64,000 nt of DNA from Octopus vulgaris (taxonomy: Eukaryota): NCBI GenBank assembly GCA_951406725.2, contig OX597818.1, forward strand, positions 114,576,001-114,640,000. The letters run 5' to 3'. Both the position numbers and the translations under genes were made by a program. The first letter of the stretch is position 1, and the number at the start of each line of letters is the position of its first letter. Shown here piece after piece: positions 40,589-55,859 of the stretch. The notes below the pieces were generated by a model that did not search any database, was not told the origin of the DNA, and saw only the letters and a program-made list of their open reading frames with translations.

Positions 40589-42561
40589 TATTATTATTAT
40601 TTGACGACAAATGTCATGTTTTTCATTCGTTCCTAGAAATTTCCATCATTATCTTCTTTTTTATTTCAGTTATTTTCCTAAAAGAAAAACTCAGAATATT
40701 CCACAGTTCACCCCGTTTATCTTGAGGTGTAAAATATGACATTTTAACGTTATATCTTATTAAACATTCATTTCCTTGTATTTCAATATGAATTCTCCCT
40801 CTGGAACAGCAGTAAGAGTTAGAAAGGTGGTAGTAGCGAACATACAATCAACAATTTCTAGAGGAATTTGAAAACGTTGCTGGCAAAAATGCAGATGTTG
40901 AAAATATTTATAAAAAGACAAATATATCCGCGTTCATGTTTATAAATGGAGACATTAACAATGCAATCTAAACAAACGACAGTTATATAAACGAATACAT
41001 CTTTAAACACAGACTAGTATTAAAGATGTTTAGAATATTGGAAATAACGAGCACAACTTTGCTAGTGTTAGCAGTTGGGATCAGATATTTAAATTCGGAC
41101 CAGTTCTCCGGAATCAACAGAGAGAATGGATAAAGATGGGATCGTTCTCATTAGTTGATGATTTTATGGGAGAAAAGTTAAAGAAGAAAATAGCATATTA
41201 GACATACTTTTGTCTCTCGAACAAGGATATCAGTGTGTGCCTGACCTTCAGACTGAATAAAGAAGCAGAACAGAAGTTTCAATAACCTTCCCATTAGTGA
41301 AGACTTGGCAAGTAGGACTATCGGCTGCTAGATGCACACTTCCCGCGCACACACATATGAAATGAAAGTCCTCGAACTTAAACCGAAATCGGTTGATATT
41401 TCATGGGAAGTTTCGGAGATTACCGCTTTCTATGTGAGCATTGGAGAAAAATTAAGTTTTAATGATCTAATGAACTAGCTTTCTTCGTCTGCACCGATTT
41501 GTAAATATACAATTGTATAGCATAATGCGTAGCATTCACATTGGGACAGACATGTGAACGTATTTTTTATACACTGGAATTATTATTAAATTATGAAGGC
41601 TGCGAAACGGCCGTAGTCTTAAGGAAGTTAAGGTATATGTTTGTGTGTTCACAGTATGTGTGTATTTGTGTGTGTGTGTGTGTGTGTAGAAAGCGGATGG
41701 CTTATAAGTTACGGTTGTGTGTTTCCGACAATATGTTCGATGGTTCCATTACTGGTCTGCTTATCGCGTTGTTTCCTTCAATAAAACACTTTCTTTCGCG
41801 ATGTTTCAATATTGTGGGGGGAATCTGAAAACCAGCTTTATATTGGTGCAGTTTTCGATTTCCTTGGTACACAACGATCGAAGAAAATCAATACCCAGGA
41901 AAGAAAAAAAGTGTAAAGGAATTGAATGCGAAATTATGTATGTAGCACATTGTGGAGACCTTCGTTGTGGGAAGTGTAAAATTGAAATAAGTAAGTAAGG
42001 AACACCGAAAAGATGTCTGTATATACATGTGTGTGTACACGTGCGTGTAGAGGTTCTAAAATTAGCTAAAAATATTTTTAAAAATTGTTTAAAGACAAAC
42101 TTGCGAAGTATACGTGGGGTGAGAATAAAGTGAAGGCCAAAATATAAAAACGATAGAATTAGGAAAGTAAAATTCACAACAGACTACTCAATAGCAAGCG
42201 TAGAATCAAAGTCGTTTGGTGTGAGCTATACAATTGCGGGTGCATTATTTTATTGAATAAATTGGCGCTCGTAAATAACATATATAACAATAACTTAATT
42301 ACAATTTTAATGCAGTAAATATAATATTTACAAAAGCCAAAAGAAGACAATCATAAATAATAGAGAGTAAATGAAAAATATTCAAAACAATATTAAAAAT
42401 AACATGCATTTTACCCATTTATAAATTAGTATTCATAATATTTTATAGAAACAACCATTTAAAATATCTTCTCTGTTAATGAACTTGTAAGCCAATGAAT
42501 GAATTTCTCGTCATAAATAGGATTAACAATTTCCTATGTAATCCTGGAAATTGTAAATACC

Positions 42562-42792
42562 TATTTCTTTATTACCCACAAGGGGCTAAACATAGAGGGG
42601 ACAAACAACGACAGACATAGGTATTAAGTCGATTACATCGACCCCAGTGCGTAACTGGTACTTAATTTATCGACCCCGAAAGGATGAAAGGTAAAGTCGA
42701 CCTCGGCGGAATTTGAACTCACAACGTAACGGCAGACGAATACGGCTACGCATTTCGCCCGGCGCGCTAACGTTTCTGCCAGCTCGCCGCCT
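42562..42792 (-). mobile_element. Full-length young family A SINE
   Basis: Complete head (GGCGGCGAGCTGGCAGAAACGTTAGC on minus) through tail, with an imperfect flanking duplication TTGTAAA(A)TACC. Confidence 0.9.
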
Positions 42793-43570
42793 TTTGTAAA
42801 ATACCGATGTTCTGTTAGATGTTGAGGACATTGCAGTATTAGATTGTGTAGGCGGTTAACTATGCACTTACAAGACGGAGCCGTTGCTACGCATTACATC
42901 AAAACACAAAAATTCTGTGATTTGTTGATATTATTTTACTGTATCCTGTGAAGCATCAAGAGGGGGGAGGTGGAGGAGGAGGACGACGACGAGAAGAAGA
43001 TGATGATGAGAAGATATTTAATTAGAGCATATGTTAACCTCGTGAAGGGGTGGTTGCATCCAAGGAAATACTGGTTCAATACCTAGTATTTTGGAGAAAT
43101 GAAATTCCCTTAAAACAAAAGGCATATATTAAGCATATAGTTTATATCCAGTTAAATGAAGAAAAGAAAATGGAGATAAGGAAGTTAATAATTGTTTATC
43201 ATTAACGAATTAGTCACATTCGCTTCTTACAACTGTTTCAACTAATACTCAATGATTTAATTACAAATTTGTACGTTAAATTTATATTTATATGACATGA
43301 GTATAAATTTAGCAAAGAAAAAAAAAAGTTGTACCTTTGGATGTTATATGCAGGCCTATTAATTCATTTTAGCAGACTAAATGTTATGCATGCATGCAAG
43401 CATGTATGCATGTATGTATGTATGTATGTATGTATGTATGTATGTATGTATGTATGTATGTATGTATGTATGTAGGTATGTATGTATTATGTATGAATTA
43501 TGTATTTATTATGTATGTGTTATGTATGTATGTATTATGTATGTATGTATTTATGTATGCATGTATGTAT

Positions 43571-43714
43571 GAATGTAAACTGAGAAAAGAGGGCGAATTT
43601 AATAGGAAGAACAATAACAAAAGCTGAAAACACCAACATCGAAAATATTTATAAGGAATTGCGTTCAATTCAGCCAATGAGTTGGCGTTGAGGTGAAAGT
43701 AGAAACGGAAGAAG
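43571..43714 (-). repeat. Inverted copy of block 34951-35093
   Basis: Reverse-complement similarity over ~143 bp; both copies adjoin (TACA)n on the inner side. Confidence 0.8.
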
Positions 43715-44775
43715 CATAAAAAACTATGAAATATAAAGAACCGGCTACTAGATTCCTCTACTAAATTATTCACCACGCACATACAACACATACATACCCA
43801 TTCACACACATAATTTTCACACCCAAGATTCTAGTAGATTACGGTGCCTGGCTGAAAAAGGTTTCAGTCTGGGATAGAAATCAGAGCTATATTATTGATA
43901 AGCAAACACTATAGCCGGAAGGACATCCTGACAAATCTCTCATCATAAAATGATATATTAGCCGTGCGACATTTATATAAAGCTAATTCCAATCTAAAGA
44001 GATATAGCAGAGACATTACGTACAATAGCAAGAACTGTCGCCAAGATTGAAGTATTTTTTGATTGCTGATCGAAAGTAGACCTCAACCGTAAATACATTA
44101 AGTGAAGGAAGATAACCGTGAATGGAAAATAAACACACCTTTCAGCTCTATTGCATTTTCACCTGTGGGACGAGATCGCAGAGAGTACTTTGGCGACTAA
44201 TAGCCATTTTATGCAGAAGATTAGACTGTGAGGTTCCAGGGTCAGAACATTTGCGAATATACTATGAAAACTGAAACTAAATTTAGAAAGTAAAAAAGAC
44301 ATTAAATTGTCACAGAACCGCCTTCATTTAAATGATAAACATATACAAGACATTGTAATTTATCATGAGCTGACACTCATATAGTTATATGTATCTGTAT
44401 GTATGTATGTATGTATGTATGCATGTATGTATGTATGTATGTATGTATGTATGTATGTATGTATGTATGTATATATATATATGTATATGTATATATATAT
44501 GCATGTATGTATGTATATGTGTGTGTATGCGTGTCTGTGTGTATGTGTGTGTATAAGTAGCATGTATATGTATATATATATATATATATGTATATGTATA
44601 TGCATATATATATATATATATATGTAGGTACATATGTAGATATATATATATATGTGTGTGTATATATATATATATATAACGAGGGAGAGAGAGAGATTGA
44701 TAGACTGATAGATAGATAGATGGACAGACAGACAGACAGATAGATAGATAGACATATAGATAGATTGATAGATAT

Positions 44776-44821
<46 letters not shown>

Positions 44822-45099
44822 GTGTGTGTGTGTGTTCATATACAAATATATGATGTATTAAATGTCCAATAAATACATGCCTTCTCTGATTAAAGCTTTA
44901 TTGAAAATGGGCCATTGAAATCCAATGCAATAAAACAAATTGAGAAGAACCTAACATATACATTCGTAATTGGCTGAAATGATCCTTAAAAGTAACGTAT
45001 GTTTAGTAAATGGAAAACAATCAGAAATCATCAAATTCATCTAAAAGGCCGACCTGCCAAATTTTGTTATTTGAAAATAGGTTACTAAACACTGCTTGT

Positions 45100-45881
<782 letters not shown>

Positions 45882-46178
45882 TATATATACAGACACGCAC
45901 AGGAATCTGTACGTCTGCCTGTCGTTTTTCACGAGCAAATATCCAAGAGGAAATTGTCAAGAATGAATGTGTAAATGTTCTGCAATTAGCAGTTTTGCTC
46001 TAGTAAAAATGTTTGTCGATAACATGACGCCGAAATTCTAGCTTCGCATTCAATATTCCCAATGAGCTCTCGTGTTCACTTCCTCTCTCCCAGTCAGCCC
46101 TAGTATCTATCTATCTATTTATTTATCTATCTATTTATCTATCTGTGTGTCTGTCTATTTGTCTGTCTGTCTAACCAT

Positions 46179-46280
<102 letters not shown>

Positions 46281-48044
46281 GCCTGTCTTGCTTCCCTCTG
46301 ATATATCATACTTTCTCTGTTAGTACTGTTTGTCAATTTACTTTCCGTAATTGAATTTCTTTTGCTTAGACAAAAATTTAGAATTTTAAGCATTTACATC
46401 CAGGACAGTTTATTATGGGTGTGTGCATTTGTATGTATATATGTATATATGTATATAGTTTTACACAAGCTTATATATGGGTATCTAAATATACATATAG
46501 ACATATATTTTTTATATATCTTTTAAATTTGTTTAGATGAAACATTTTGAATATGCAGATAACGCAGCTATTGCATTATGCCATCCACAGTCTAATGATG
46601 CATTGAGCTGTGCCAAATAATATAGCATAAATAGAGTATTAGTAATGATGTTCCTTTGATAGAATTTATAAACATTTAATGCTTAGCTACGCACGTTTCC
46701 ACAAATAACACGTCTCTTGAAATCATAGTCCGTATTCCTGAGATAATTACAGTGTAGACCGTAGTATCCGTAGACATCAGTAGTCACCTTCTTTCCTGAT
46801 TGCAATGCGGCCATCATGGCAGCTGCTTTAAATTTTGCCTGTATTTTTCATGGTAGTTCTAAAGTATGTTGTGACTAATAAAAAGAGATCTCTTACATAC
46901 GTCTTGTACGATTAATCAATACCAGCTTTCAATCCCCCCCCCCCCCCACATTCCTAATTTTACATCTTTTACATCTTCGTCCCTCACCCCCGCTTGACAA
47001 ACGGTGTTGATTTATTCACGTCCACGTAATGTAGCGGTTTGGCATGTATCATCAACAGAAATGAAAAAAAACTATTGGGGTCAATTTGTTCGACTAAAGC
47101 CCTTCAAGGCTGTGCACCAGCATGGCCGCCGTCCAATGACACAAAGGAATAACAGATAAGAGATAAATACTTGATACTTGATGATTTGATATTCCAGGAA
47201 AACAGTCATTCTTTAATAGTTTTACATTTTGCACAAGAAAACACGTCTTCACAGTTACTTCGTAGTTTCAGTCACAAGGCAGCAAGAGATGGAAGCATTC
47301 TTCTTTCTTGATGTCTGTTATGTTTTACCATCTTTGTATACTTCTGCAATTTTTTTATGACAAATTTTATTCTCAATTTATACTATTAAACAAAATTCGC
47401 AATGGAACTAGTTAGAAGGCTTGAAGCATCAAGAGATCACAGGCAAAAGATGGGAGCATAACAGAGACAGGAAATTAGAGAAAGTTTAAGATGAAAGCAA
47501 CGGACAAGACGAGTCAGCATGACTGAGCACGAACGTGCAGGATGTCTATAGTAACAAAGAGGAAATCAATAAAAGCATAGACGGAGCACGGGCAGTGAAC
47601 AGTGAATTGATTATAAGCAACAACAATGAGAAAGAAGTTTTTGATGAAATTATATTAACAAACTACAATAGGGAGAAAATCAAGAAGTACGGCAAGAAAT
47701 AAATCGCGTACAGAACGAAAGCATTACCGAACAATTACTTTGAGATTTTGTCAGACAAGAACACAGGGTCAGAGGAAAATTCAGCGCTCTTTGATACGGC
47801 ACCAGAATTAAGTAATATTTTTCTTGATATTTTTAATCCCTTATCTATCTCATTTTCATAAAATAAAAACTATTTTAAAAATAAAACAATGCTAAGAAAT
47901 TATATAAATTTATGCAAAATAAAAGCGAAAAGATTTGTAAACTGTGGAATTTCCCTAGCTCCTCATAGAAATTATAATAATGTAACAAAAATTTAATTAA
48001 AGGATAATCTTTAAAAATAAACGGGGAGAGAATAGAAGTTATAC

Positions 48045-48845
48045 TGGTACAAATTTTGGCACAATTCTAATATTTTCGAGGTAGTAGGATAGTCGATTAC
48101 ATCGCCTCTCGTACTTATTTTACCGCCCCCGAAAAGACGAAAGGTAAAGTTGCTCCTAGAAGAATTTGAACACAGAACGTGAACAGGGACGAAATGCTGC
48201 TAAGCATTTTATCCCAGTGTATTAACCATTCTGCCAGTTTCCCGCCATATTAAAGTTATAATATTATGTCTTCGTAAAAATTAGTAGAATCGCCGCTGAA
48301 TTTAAAAACTCACTGCTTTCATGCAGAGGGAAAACAAATCGTTATACTAAAACCCGGAAATGACAAATGTATTATCAATTTCTCTACTCGTGGGATGCGT
48401 GAAATTTTAATGGTTCCTGATTTGGGCTCAAGGCCAACAAATTTCAGAGGAAAGTTTTAATCTATGCTATGAAACCTTGTACTTCACTGGTACTTTATCT
48501 TATTGGCTCAGAAAAGGTGAAAGGCAAAATTTGTTCTTATGGAATTTGAAGTCAGAACATAACGTGCCAAAATAAGGGTTCGCCAAATATCAATAAAAGA
48601 TAAGAAATTATGTATTTTGGAGGTGCAAATTCGGAAGAAAATAATTTTAAAAAAGCAATTCAAAAACTATAAAATCAAGAAAATGTGAGAAGTGTAAATA
48701 TTTACACAGAATTATAATGAAATATTTTTTCCTACTCTAGGCACAAGGCCCGACATTTTTGGAGAAGGGGCCAGTCGATTAGATCGACCCCAGTACGCAA
48801 CTGGTGCTTAATTTACCGCCCAGAAAGGATGAAAGGCAAAGTCTT
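48045..48845 (-). mobile_element. Several degenerate or partial family A SINEs
   Basis: GAAAGGTAAAGT, GAATTTGAAC and CACAAGGCCCGA motifs. Confidence 0.65.
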
Positions 48846-49743
48846 TTTAAGCTACGAATGAAGAATATTTATCTGCCAATGGTGTGTTGAGCACTGACTT
48901 TCACCGAAATAGACTGACTATTCACTTCTCTGTGACTGGCTAAGTGATGTAGACATCTCTCATGTAAAACCTATAAGGTTTGAAAATCGTTTTGAGGCTC
49001 TTCCTTTTACAGTCCCTGCCTTGGGTTCTTGCATACAAAATCTATTCATCCACCCATCCGTATATACATACATAGATACATATTGGCATGCATGCGTGCA
49101 TACATACATACGTACAAAGATATGTATATATATATATATATGCATGTATACATACGTACAAACTCACATATGTGTATATACATATATGTGTGTGTGCGTG
49201 TATGTGTCTGTAAGCATGGATACTCATTCATAAAAGGGAATATAGAAACACCTATGTATGTGTGTGAGTGTGTGTGTGTGTGAGTTTGTGTGTGTGAGTG
49301 TGTGCGTGCGTGTGCGATAGTGTGTGTAGGAGTAGAAAAATAAAGAGACAAAAAGAAAAGCGATATAAAGTGACTAAATTTATTAAGTCTTAATCTATTC
49401 TCTAATCCGTCTCATTTCCCAATACGATTCGATATTATTATATAATTTTCTAAAATTTTCGTTCCCGTTGAGCTTATTTTCGCTTCATTTTCTTATTAAC
49501 TTCTGCACCTTCAAGATGCACAGTGTGGGAAGTTACACAAAATTACCCACAGCATAGAACAACCTACAGTTGAAAACGCGTGGTTAACATATTTCTCACT
49601 CCTCCGTTACGCTGCTCATTTCCCACATTAACTACGCAACTGCTTGATCTATTAAGCATGTAATGTTCATTCGCTTGAAGCCAATTTTTATTTTTTCCTA
49701 TAACTTTGCCTATGTTTTTCTCACCAATTTTTTCGACGCCATA

Positions 49744-49773
49744 TTTTTACACAATCCAGTTTTATATATATAC

Positions 49774-49825
<52 letters not shown>

Positions 49826-49855
49826 GTATATATATAAAACTGGATTGTGTAAAAA
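49744..49855. repeat. Perfect palindrome centred on (TA)n
   Basis: TTTTTACACAATCCAGTTTTATATATATACATTTA-(TA)n-TAAATGTATATATATAAAACTGGATTGTGTAAAAA. Confidence 0.9.
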
Positions 49856-49880
49856 AAAAAAAAAATATATATATATATAC

Positions 49881-49913
<33 letters not shown>

Positions 49914-49922
49914 CATATATAC

Positions 49923-49999
<77 letters not shown>

Positions 50000-50087
50000 A
50001 GATTGATAGATAGATATATATCTTTGCACTTTTTCTCTTCTTTTAGTTTTTAACACGAAACGCGTCATATATTTTCAATAGCAATGC

Positions 50088-50136
<49 letters not shown>

Positions 50137-51402
50137 GTAGCAAGAAGAAGAACAACAACAACACCGGCAACAACAAATAAAAGCAAATAACGGCAAACAT
50201 ATTTTATTTCACTCTACACTTTCATACGTACATCCATTATTCATCGTATTTTTTCCTTTCTAAATCATTTATGTACCGACAATTCGTTTTCAAGTTTTAG
50301 GTTCGGTGTTTTGTGTTTCAATCATAGATATTACTACATATTCAGATAGCTGTTTATGAAAATCTACGTAAAATAAAAGCATTAATATATACGATGCTAT
50401 TCACAACATTTCGCTCGCTGGAAACAAAAGGTTTTTCAGAAATTATTATATATAAAATTCACTCGAGCATCAAATTTGATATGCGCTTACACAAAAGACA
50501 ATTGTTGACACATATATTGTCTACAATTAAAGACATTTGGAGACCAATACATGCACATACCTGACTCTCTTTCTTTCTCTGCTGCTCTCGCTGTCCCTTT
50601 ATTTCCCACTTTCCCCTGTCTTCCTTCTTTTTTCTGCTTCTCTATACATAGATACATACGTGACTATACACACACACACGCCTCAGTGTATGTGTGTGTA
50701 CGAGTGTGTGTGTGTGTGTGTGTGTGTGTTTTGGGTGTGTACTGTAAGCGAGCACTGTTTGATAACATAATTTGCAGCCCGTCCTTAGTGCAAACTGCAT
50801 CTCCATCCCTTGCAGAGTCTCCTCGCCATCGTCCATATTTATCTAGACGTAAGCTTGCTGCTGGTTAGATTATGAAAATATCCCACTGCAGACATTAGTG
50901 AAGATAAGACTCGGTTTGAAAAACGATGCACCGTTCTACAGTGTCTACAGTGACCCTTATGTAAATCTTGCTTGTACTAAGAGTTTCAACTACGCATCTA
51001 AATAAATCGTGGGTCAGAGCGAAACGTTTAACAGCCATTGGGAATTCGATGGGAGCGCTGAAGTTACAACCCTGCAGTGGGGAATTATAGTCTTAAAGGT
51101 TCCGATGTCCTCCCGTTCGTTGTAAAACTTAGTGGGGAAATAGGTTGCTGAATACAATATTGGGCAGCAGATCCTACTCCATTCAAGGCGATGTAGTTTC
51201 CTGTACAACTTACCAAGGAAGGCTTAAAGTGTCCATTCACCATTTCATAATCGGAATGAGACACGGTTATTTAGCGCTGGGACGACGTTCGCTACTTCTG
51301 CCTCCCTTGAGTGGCACCTGGCAGTATCAAAATATCTAACTTTATCTACCTATTCGTTTGTTTGTCTGCCTGTCTGCCTGTCACTCACTCTCTCTCTTTT
51401 TC

Positions 51403-51458
<56 letters not shown>

Positions 51459-51459
<1 letters not shown>

Positions 51460-51730
51460 TTATTTTATAGAAGGAGCTTCTACAGGACTAGAACTGTTTC
51501 ATTCAAATGAAATCATCAGGAAGCTTCCTGATGATTTTATAGAAGGAGCTTCTACAGGACTAGAACTGTTTCATTCAAATGAAATCATCAGGAAGCTTCC
51601 TGATGATTTCATTTGAATGAAACAGTTCTAGTCCTGTAGAAGCTCCTTCTATAAAATAAATTAATTTACTCTGCCATGTATTGAGTACCTTATTTACTGT
51701 GGTTAACCCCGACTCAACCCGGGACCTACA
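51459..51730. mobile_element. Penelope-end-like remnant in (TA)n: a 72-bp tandem duplication plus a ~124-bp perfect palindrome carrying three hammerhead motifs
   Basis: Direct repeat at 51463-51534 and 51535-51606; palindrome 51534-51657 centred on AAGCTT. The Penelope assignment is inferred. Confidence 0.7.
51594..51644 (+). ncRNA. Putative type-I hammerhead ribozyme (two further copies on the minus strand at ~51475-51525 and ~51547-51597)
   Basis: AGCTTC-CTGATGA-T[TTC ATTT GAA]T-GAA-ACAG-ttctagtc-CTGT-A-GAAGCT. All three stems can form, and the cleavage triplet is GUA. Confidence 0.75.
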
Positions 51731-53254
51731 TATATAAATATATATATATATATATGATAATTTTCCTATTTATTCACATATTGTAATTCCAATTTATTCA
51801 TTATTGTAATTCCAATTAGGTTATGGCCATGAAATGTACGTAGTGGTTTTACTGATTATCTTATATTAAACTTTTAATACTTTTTGATAGTTATATAATT
51901 TTTTTTAAAAATTAATAAATATAAATTAATAATTTTAAATTTAAATAATTTAAATTTTAAATTTTATATGTTATATATTTTGTAAATTATATTAATTATT
52001 TTTATTTTTATGTTTTGGTTTATGTTTTTCACTGTTTGATTTGCCTAATAGTGGTTTTATCTCTAATTTAATTTATATATATATATATATCGTGCATAAA
52101 TATATTCCTAGACGAATGCAAATGCAGATAGCTTCAAGAAGCTGGAGCTAAACTTTTAAGTTGACTGCCTAATTAAATTTTTACTTATGAACTATATTTC
52201 AAATAAGGATTTAAATAGACAGATAGGTTCACATACACACGCACACATCGACACACACAAATTCACGCGCTCACACAAAGACAAACACATATGTACCCAT
52301 GCATGCACGCGCATACACACAAGCACACATACGCATACACATATTTATCTATTTACTTAGTGAGGCTACATGTTAGTTTAGCAGATGTACGCTAATACTA
52401 TTTGTAAATATGTGTATTCTCAAGGACGTGGCTGCAAAATGCGGAAGATCTGGCTTATAATTGATTGATTATATATCTTCACTTAACAATACGTCTCAAA
52501 CTGAATCAAGGAACAAACCTCTATGTAGATACTCTATCTGCTAAACTACCCTATTGAACAGGTGAGAAGCACAACGAAGTCGTATATACTCCAGGCCATA
52601 GAAAATGTGATGCAATCATAGCTAGATAGCCTTTTATCATAGGTTTCGATAACTTCAAGATACACACAGAAAACTACAGTGGCCCATTTGTTGCTAATTT
52701 CCATTCTATCGTTAAATCTTCAACAAATATTTTCGTGCCAGACGCCTGTGACGGTCTGGGTTAAAAGAGAAAAAATATGATGGTCATTTATGACTAATGT
52801 TAACGTACTATAATTTACCAATTGCTTGCAGATCATTATTCTATATCTATTATAGAATATTATCTTCTATGAGTTTTTTTTCCAACAATTTTTGCACATT
52901 ATATTATGGTGATCTCTATGAAATATTTCCACCGACAGCGAGAATGTAATTTAAGAGTCTATGACAGCGTGGATGTACACGTCCTAATATTCTAAATTCT
53001 TGTAATCCATTAATGTCATTTATCACATAATCTTTATAGTATTGAATATGATGGAGAGAAAATGTTATTTGATTATCTCTTACACTTGTTGATAGTAAAT
53101 TTGTTACTGGCAATTTCTAAATCTATTCACAACCGACAAAATATTTGTTTGATATATATGATAGTCAGATATATACTGGAACATCAACATATCACAATCT
53201 TGATACATCTCGAAGAATAAACCGTGCTTTAAGATTAATGATGAGTTATACGCG

Positions 53255-53520
53255 TGATTTGGTGGTAAGGGATTTTAGACTCGCAGTCCTAAGGTTGAGA
53301 GTTCGATTCGTGACTGCACATCTTGTCCTTGGGCAAGATATTTTATTTCACGTTGCTTTAGTCCATCTGGCAAAAATGAACTGTTACATTCTGTGTCACC
53401 CCTAAAGCTCCTTGAGAATTATATTAAGGGTGCGCTTGGTTTCGGAATAATTAGTTCCTTCCTCGTTAATCTCAAGAACAGGCTCTTCCGGAACCTTTGT
53501 CGTCGTAAGCTACGGACTAA
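53255..53520 (+). mobile_element. Degenerate family B SINE
   Basis: GAGTTCGATTC and GTCCTTGGGCAAGA..TTTCACGTTGCT..CTGGCAAAAATG. Confidence 0.65.
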
Positions 53521-54847
53521 CCGTTTTTGCCATATGTGAATCGATTTAAATCTAACATACAAATAATACACAGCCTAATCGCATCTAGTTTTCCGTTGCT
53601 TGTTGTGTAATATGTAATATTTTGTTTATGTGATACAGATTAAGATACAGTGTAACTTATTTTCTATAGATTCCGTTTGTATTTTTATAATTTTCTGTGT
53701 GATAGTAGCGTCTCTGCTAATATTTTCACCTGAAATCGCTGCTTGTTGTAATTAATGTAATTGAGTCATGTTTCACTGTAAAAATGCGAGACGTTATTCT
53801 GATGGGTATTACACTCATCAGGGAGAAAATACTGGATGGCTTAAAAAGAAAACTCACGAAAGAAACAAGTTAAACTGATGTGTCGGAAAGGAGTCTCTGA
53901 GCCTCCCAATTTTCGCATGCAATTATTATCATAGTTTTTCTTGCGCTGTTAAACAAAGGACAAGACTACTGACTGCTGCTACCGTCATTAGCCATCATTA
54001 GCCATCATTATCCGAAGATAAATTTTATAACCCTGAGTTATTCACTACGTCACATTAAGAAATGGCTGTTAAGTGATGAGGCTTATTATAATTGTAAGGC
54101 AATTGTCAAAATGAGTCTAAGTAATAAATATATTGCTATTTTAGATAAGGATAAAAATGCTCAGAGTTAATATCTGATTACAAAACATTTAGAGAGTAAG
54201 TAGATCAATACGTGTGCTTACTGTAACTTTACGACTAACCCTACAGGAATACACAGTGATGCCGCCATATTTTATTCAGCTGTATTATTGCAAGAAGACA
54301 GTTGCTGTCAACGTCCGCTATATTGGCAAAATCATAATATTTCCTGTCAAATTACTTGGCAAACTTAATTTCCTTTATAAAAGCAATAATTGATTATATA
54401 CCTACAGCATATCATCTTACTCCATTTTCTTCGTGTGTTTCTTGACTGTGTAAGAAAAACAACGCCATTTTTTTTCCAATCAAATCTGCGTCAGTGACTA
54501 GTAAATGTAACACCAACTTTAATTGAAACTATATTTCTATACGTGCACTAGATGTCATGAATACATGCTTAAAACAATTTATTTCACACTGAAATTAGTA
54601 TTTCAAGTGACATTTATATGATATTTTGGAACGATTATCCCACTTGTGTACTTCGTCAAATATCAAATTTTTTTCAAAAACATAAACCATTAGAAACAAG
54701 CGGACAACAAACTGTTCAACCGTAAAGTAGATTACAACTTCGTAATAACAATATTTTCTGGGAATATAATCTCAGTTAACTGTTACTAAGGGGACTGCAT
54801 ATATATATATATATAATCAAAATGAGCAACAAGTATATCCAAGGTAG

Positions 54848-54935
54848 AGTAGTACAATTGTTTCATGCTACTTCATTTTATTAAACACTGTATGTATGAC
54901 ATCAGTTTTAAAATGTTGAGCAATCTTCAGCCACT
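54848..54935 (-). ncRNA. Putative type-I hammerhead ribozyme inside an element (54811-55048) with ~28-bp inverted ends
   Basis: The minus strand reads AGTGG-CTGAAGA-T[TGCT..long loop..AGCA]T-GAAAC-AATT-GTA-CTACT, with a palindromic stem III. Confidence 0.7.
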
Positions 54936-55630
54936 TATAGAATTTTCCAATTAAACGGACAATGCACATTCTTATCCTTATTTCATTTGCCAACATTATA
55001 AAGAGGTTGGATATACCTGTTGGATATACTTGTTGCTTATTGATTATAATCACCCCATTTGATTTATATGGATAATACCATACAAAATTCTAATGCCTTT
55101 AACTTAAGTACCATATTCATCTGAATTTAAATTTTGCTTATATATATATATATATGTATAAAGCAGAAAGAAAGAACTGAGAAAAATAAAACGAGCTTCA
55201 ATACAATCTGATTTATTTATAATTTAAAAGTGGGGAGTCTGGATTCTTGACTTACAGAGGTTTGGGTATGACGTAAAACTGAACTTCATTCGCTGAGTTC
55301 GAATCTTACAAGTGATAAATTATTGTTTTGTAATTCAGCGGCTGATAAAGGAAATGCTGGTCAGCTACAGTAGTCATTAAATATGACGATTCACTCTCGC
55401 TAAAATATGTGTGGCTTTCTATCAATGGCGGGATTTTGAGCGATGTGACAATAAACTTTACCAACATCATTACTGTCGTGCTGTACAATTTCTTTTCCAT
55501 AGATTTAGCTATATCCATCACGACCTCAAGTTTCTATTTATGTATCAGTCTATCAAACTATCAATCAATCAATCAACCAATTAGTCGATCAATCAATCTA
55601 TCTATCTATCTGTCTGTCTGTCGGCCTGTG

Positions 55631-55720
<90 letters not shown>

Positions 55721-55807
55721 GCTAGCTAGCTATCTAACTATCTATCTATCTGACTGTCTATTTGTATATATACACACACACGAAAACACACACACACACG
55801 AATGCAC

Positions 55808-55859
<52 letters not shown>

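Noticed and set aside
40880-41500. Possible very old LINE endonuclease remnant (EENSILDILLS)
   Set aside because: A single weak motif with no continuous frame.
50778-50848. Possible 71-nt internal exon (TTTGCAG..GTAAGC)
   Set aside because: No recognisable peptide or partner exons; splice-like motifs alone are insufficient.
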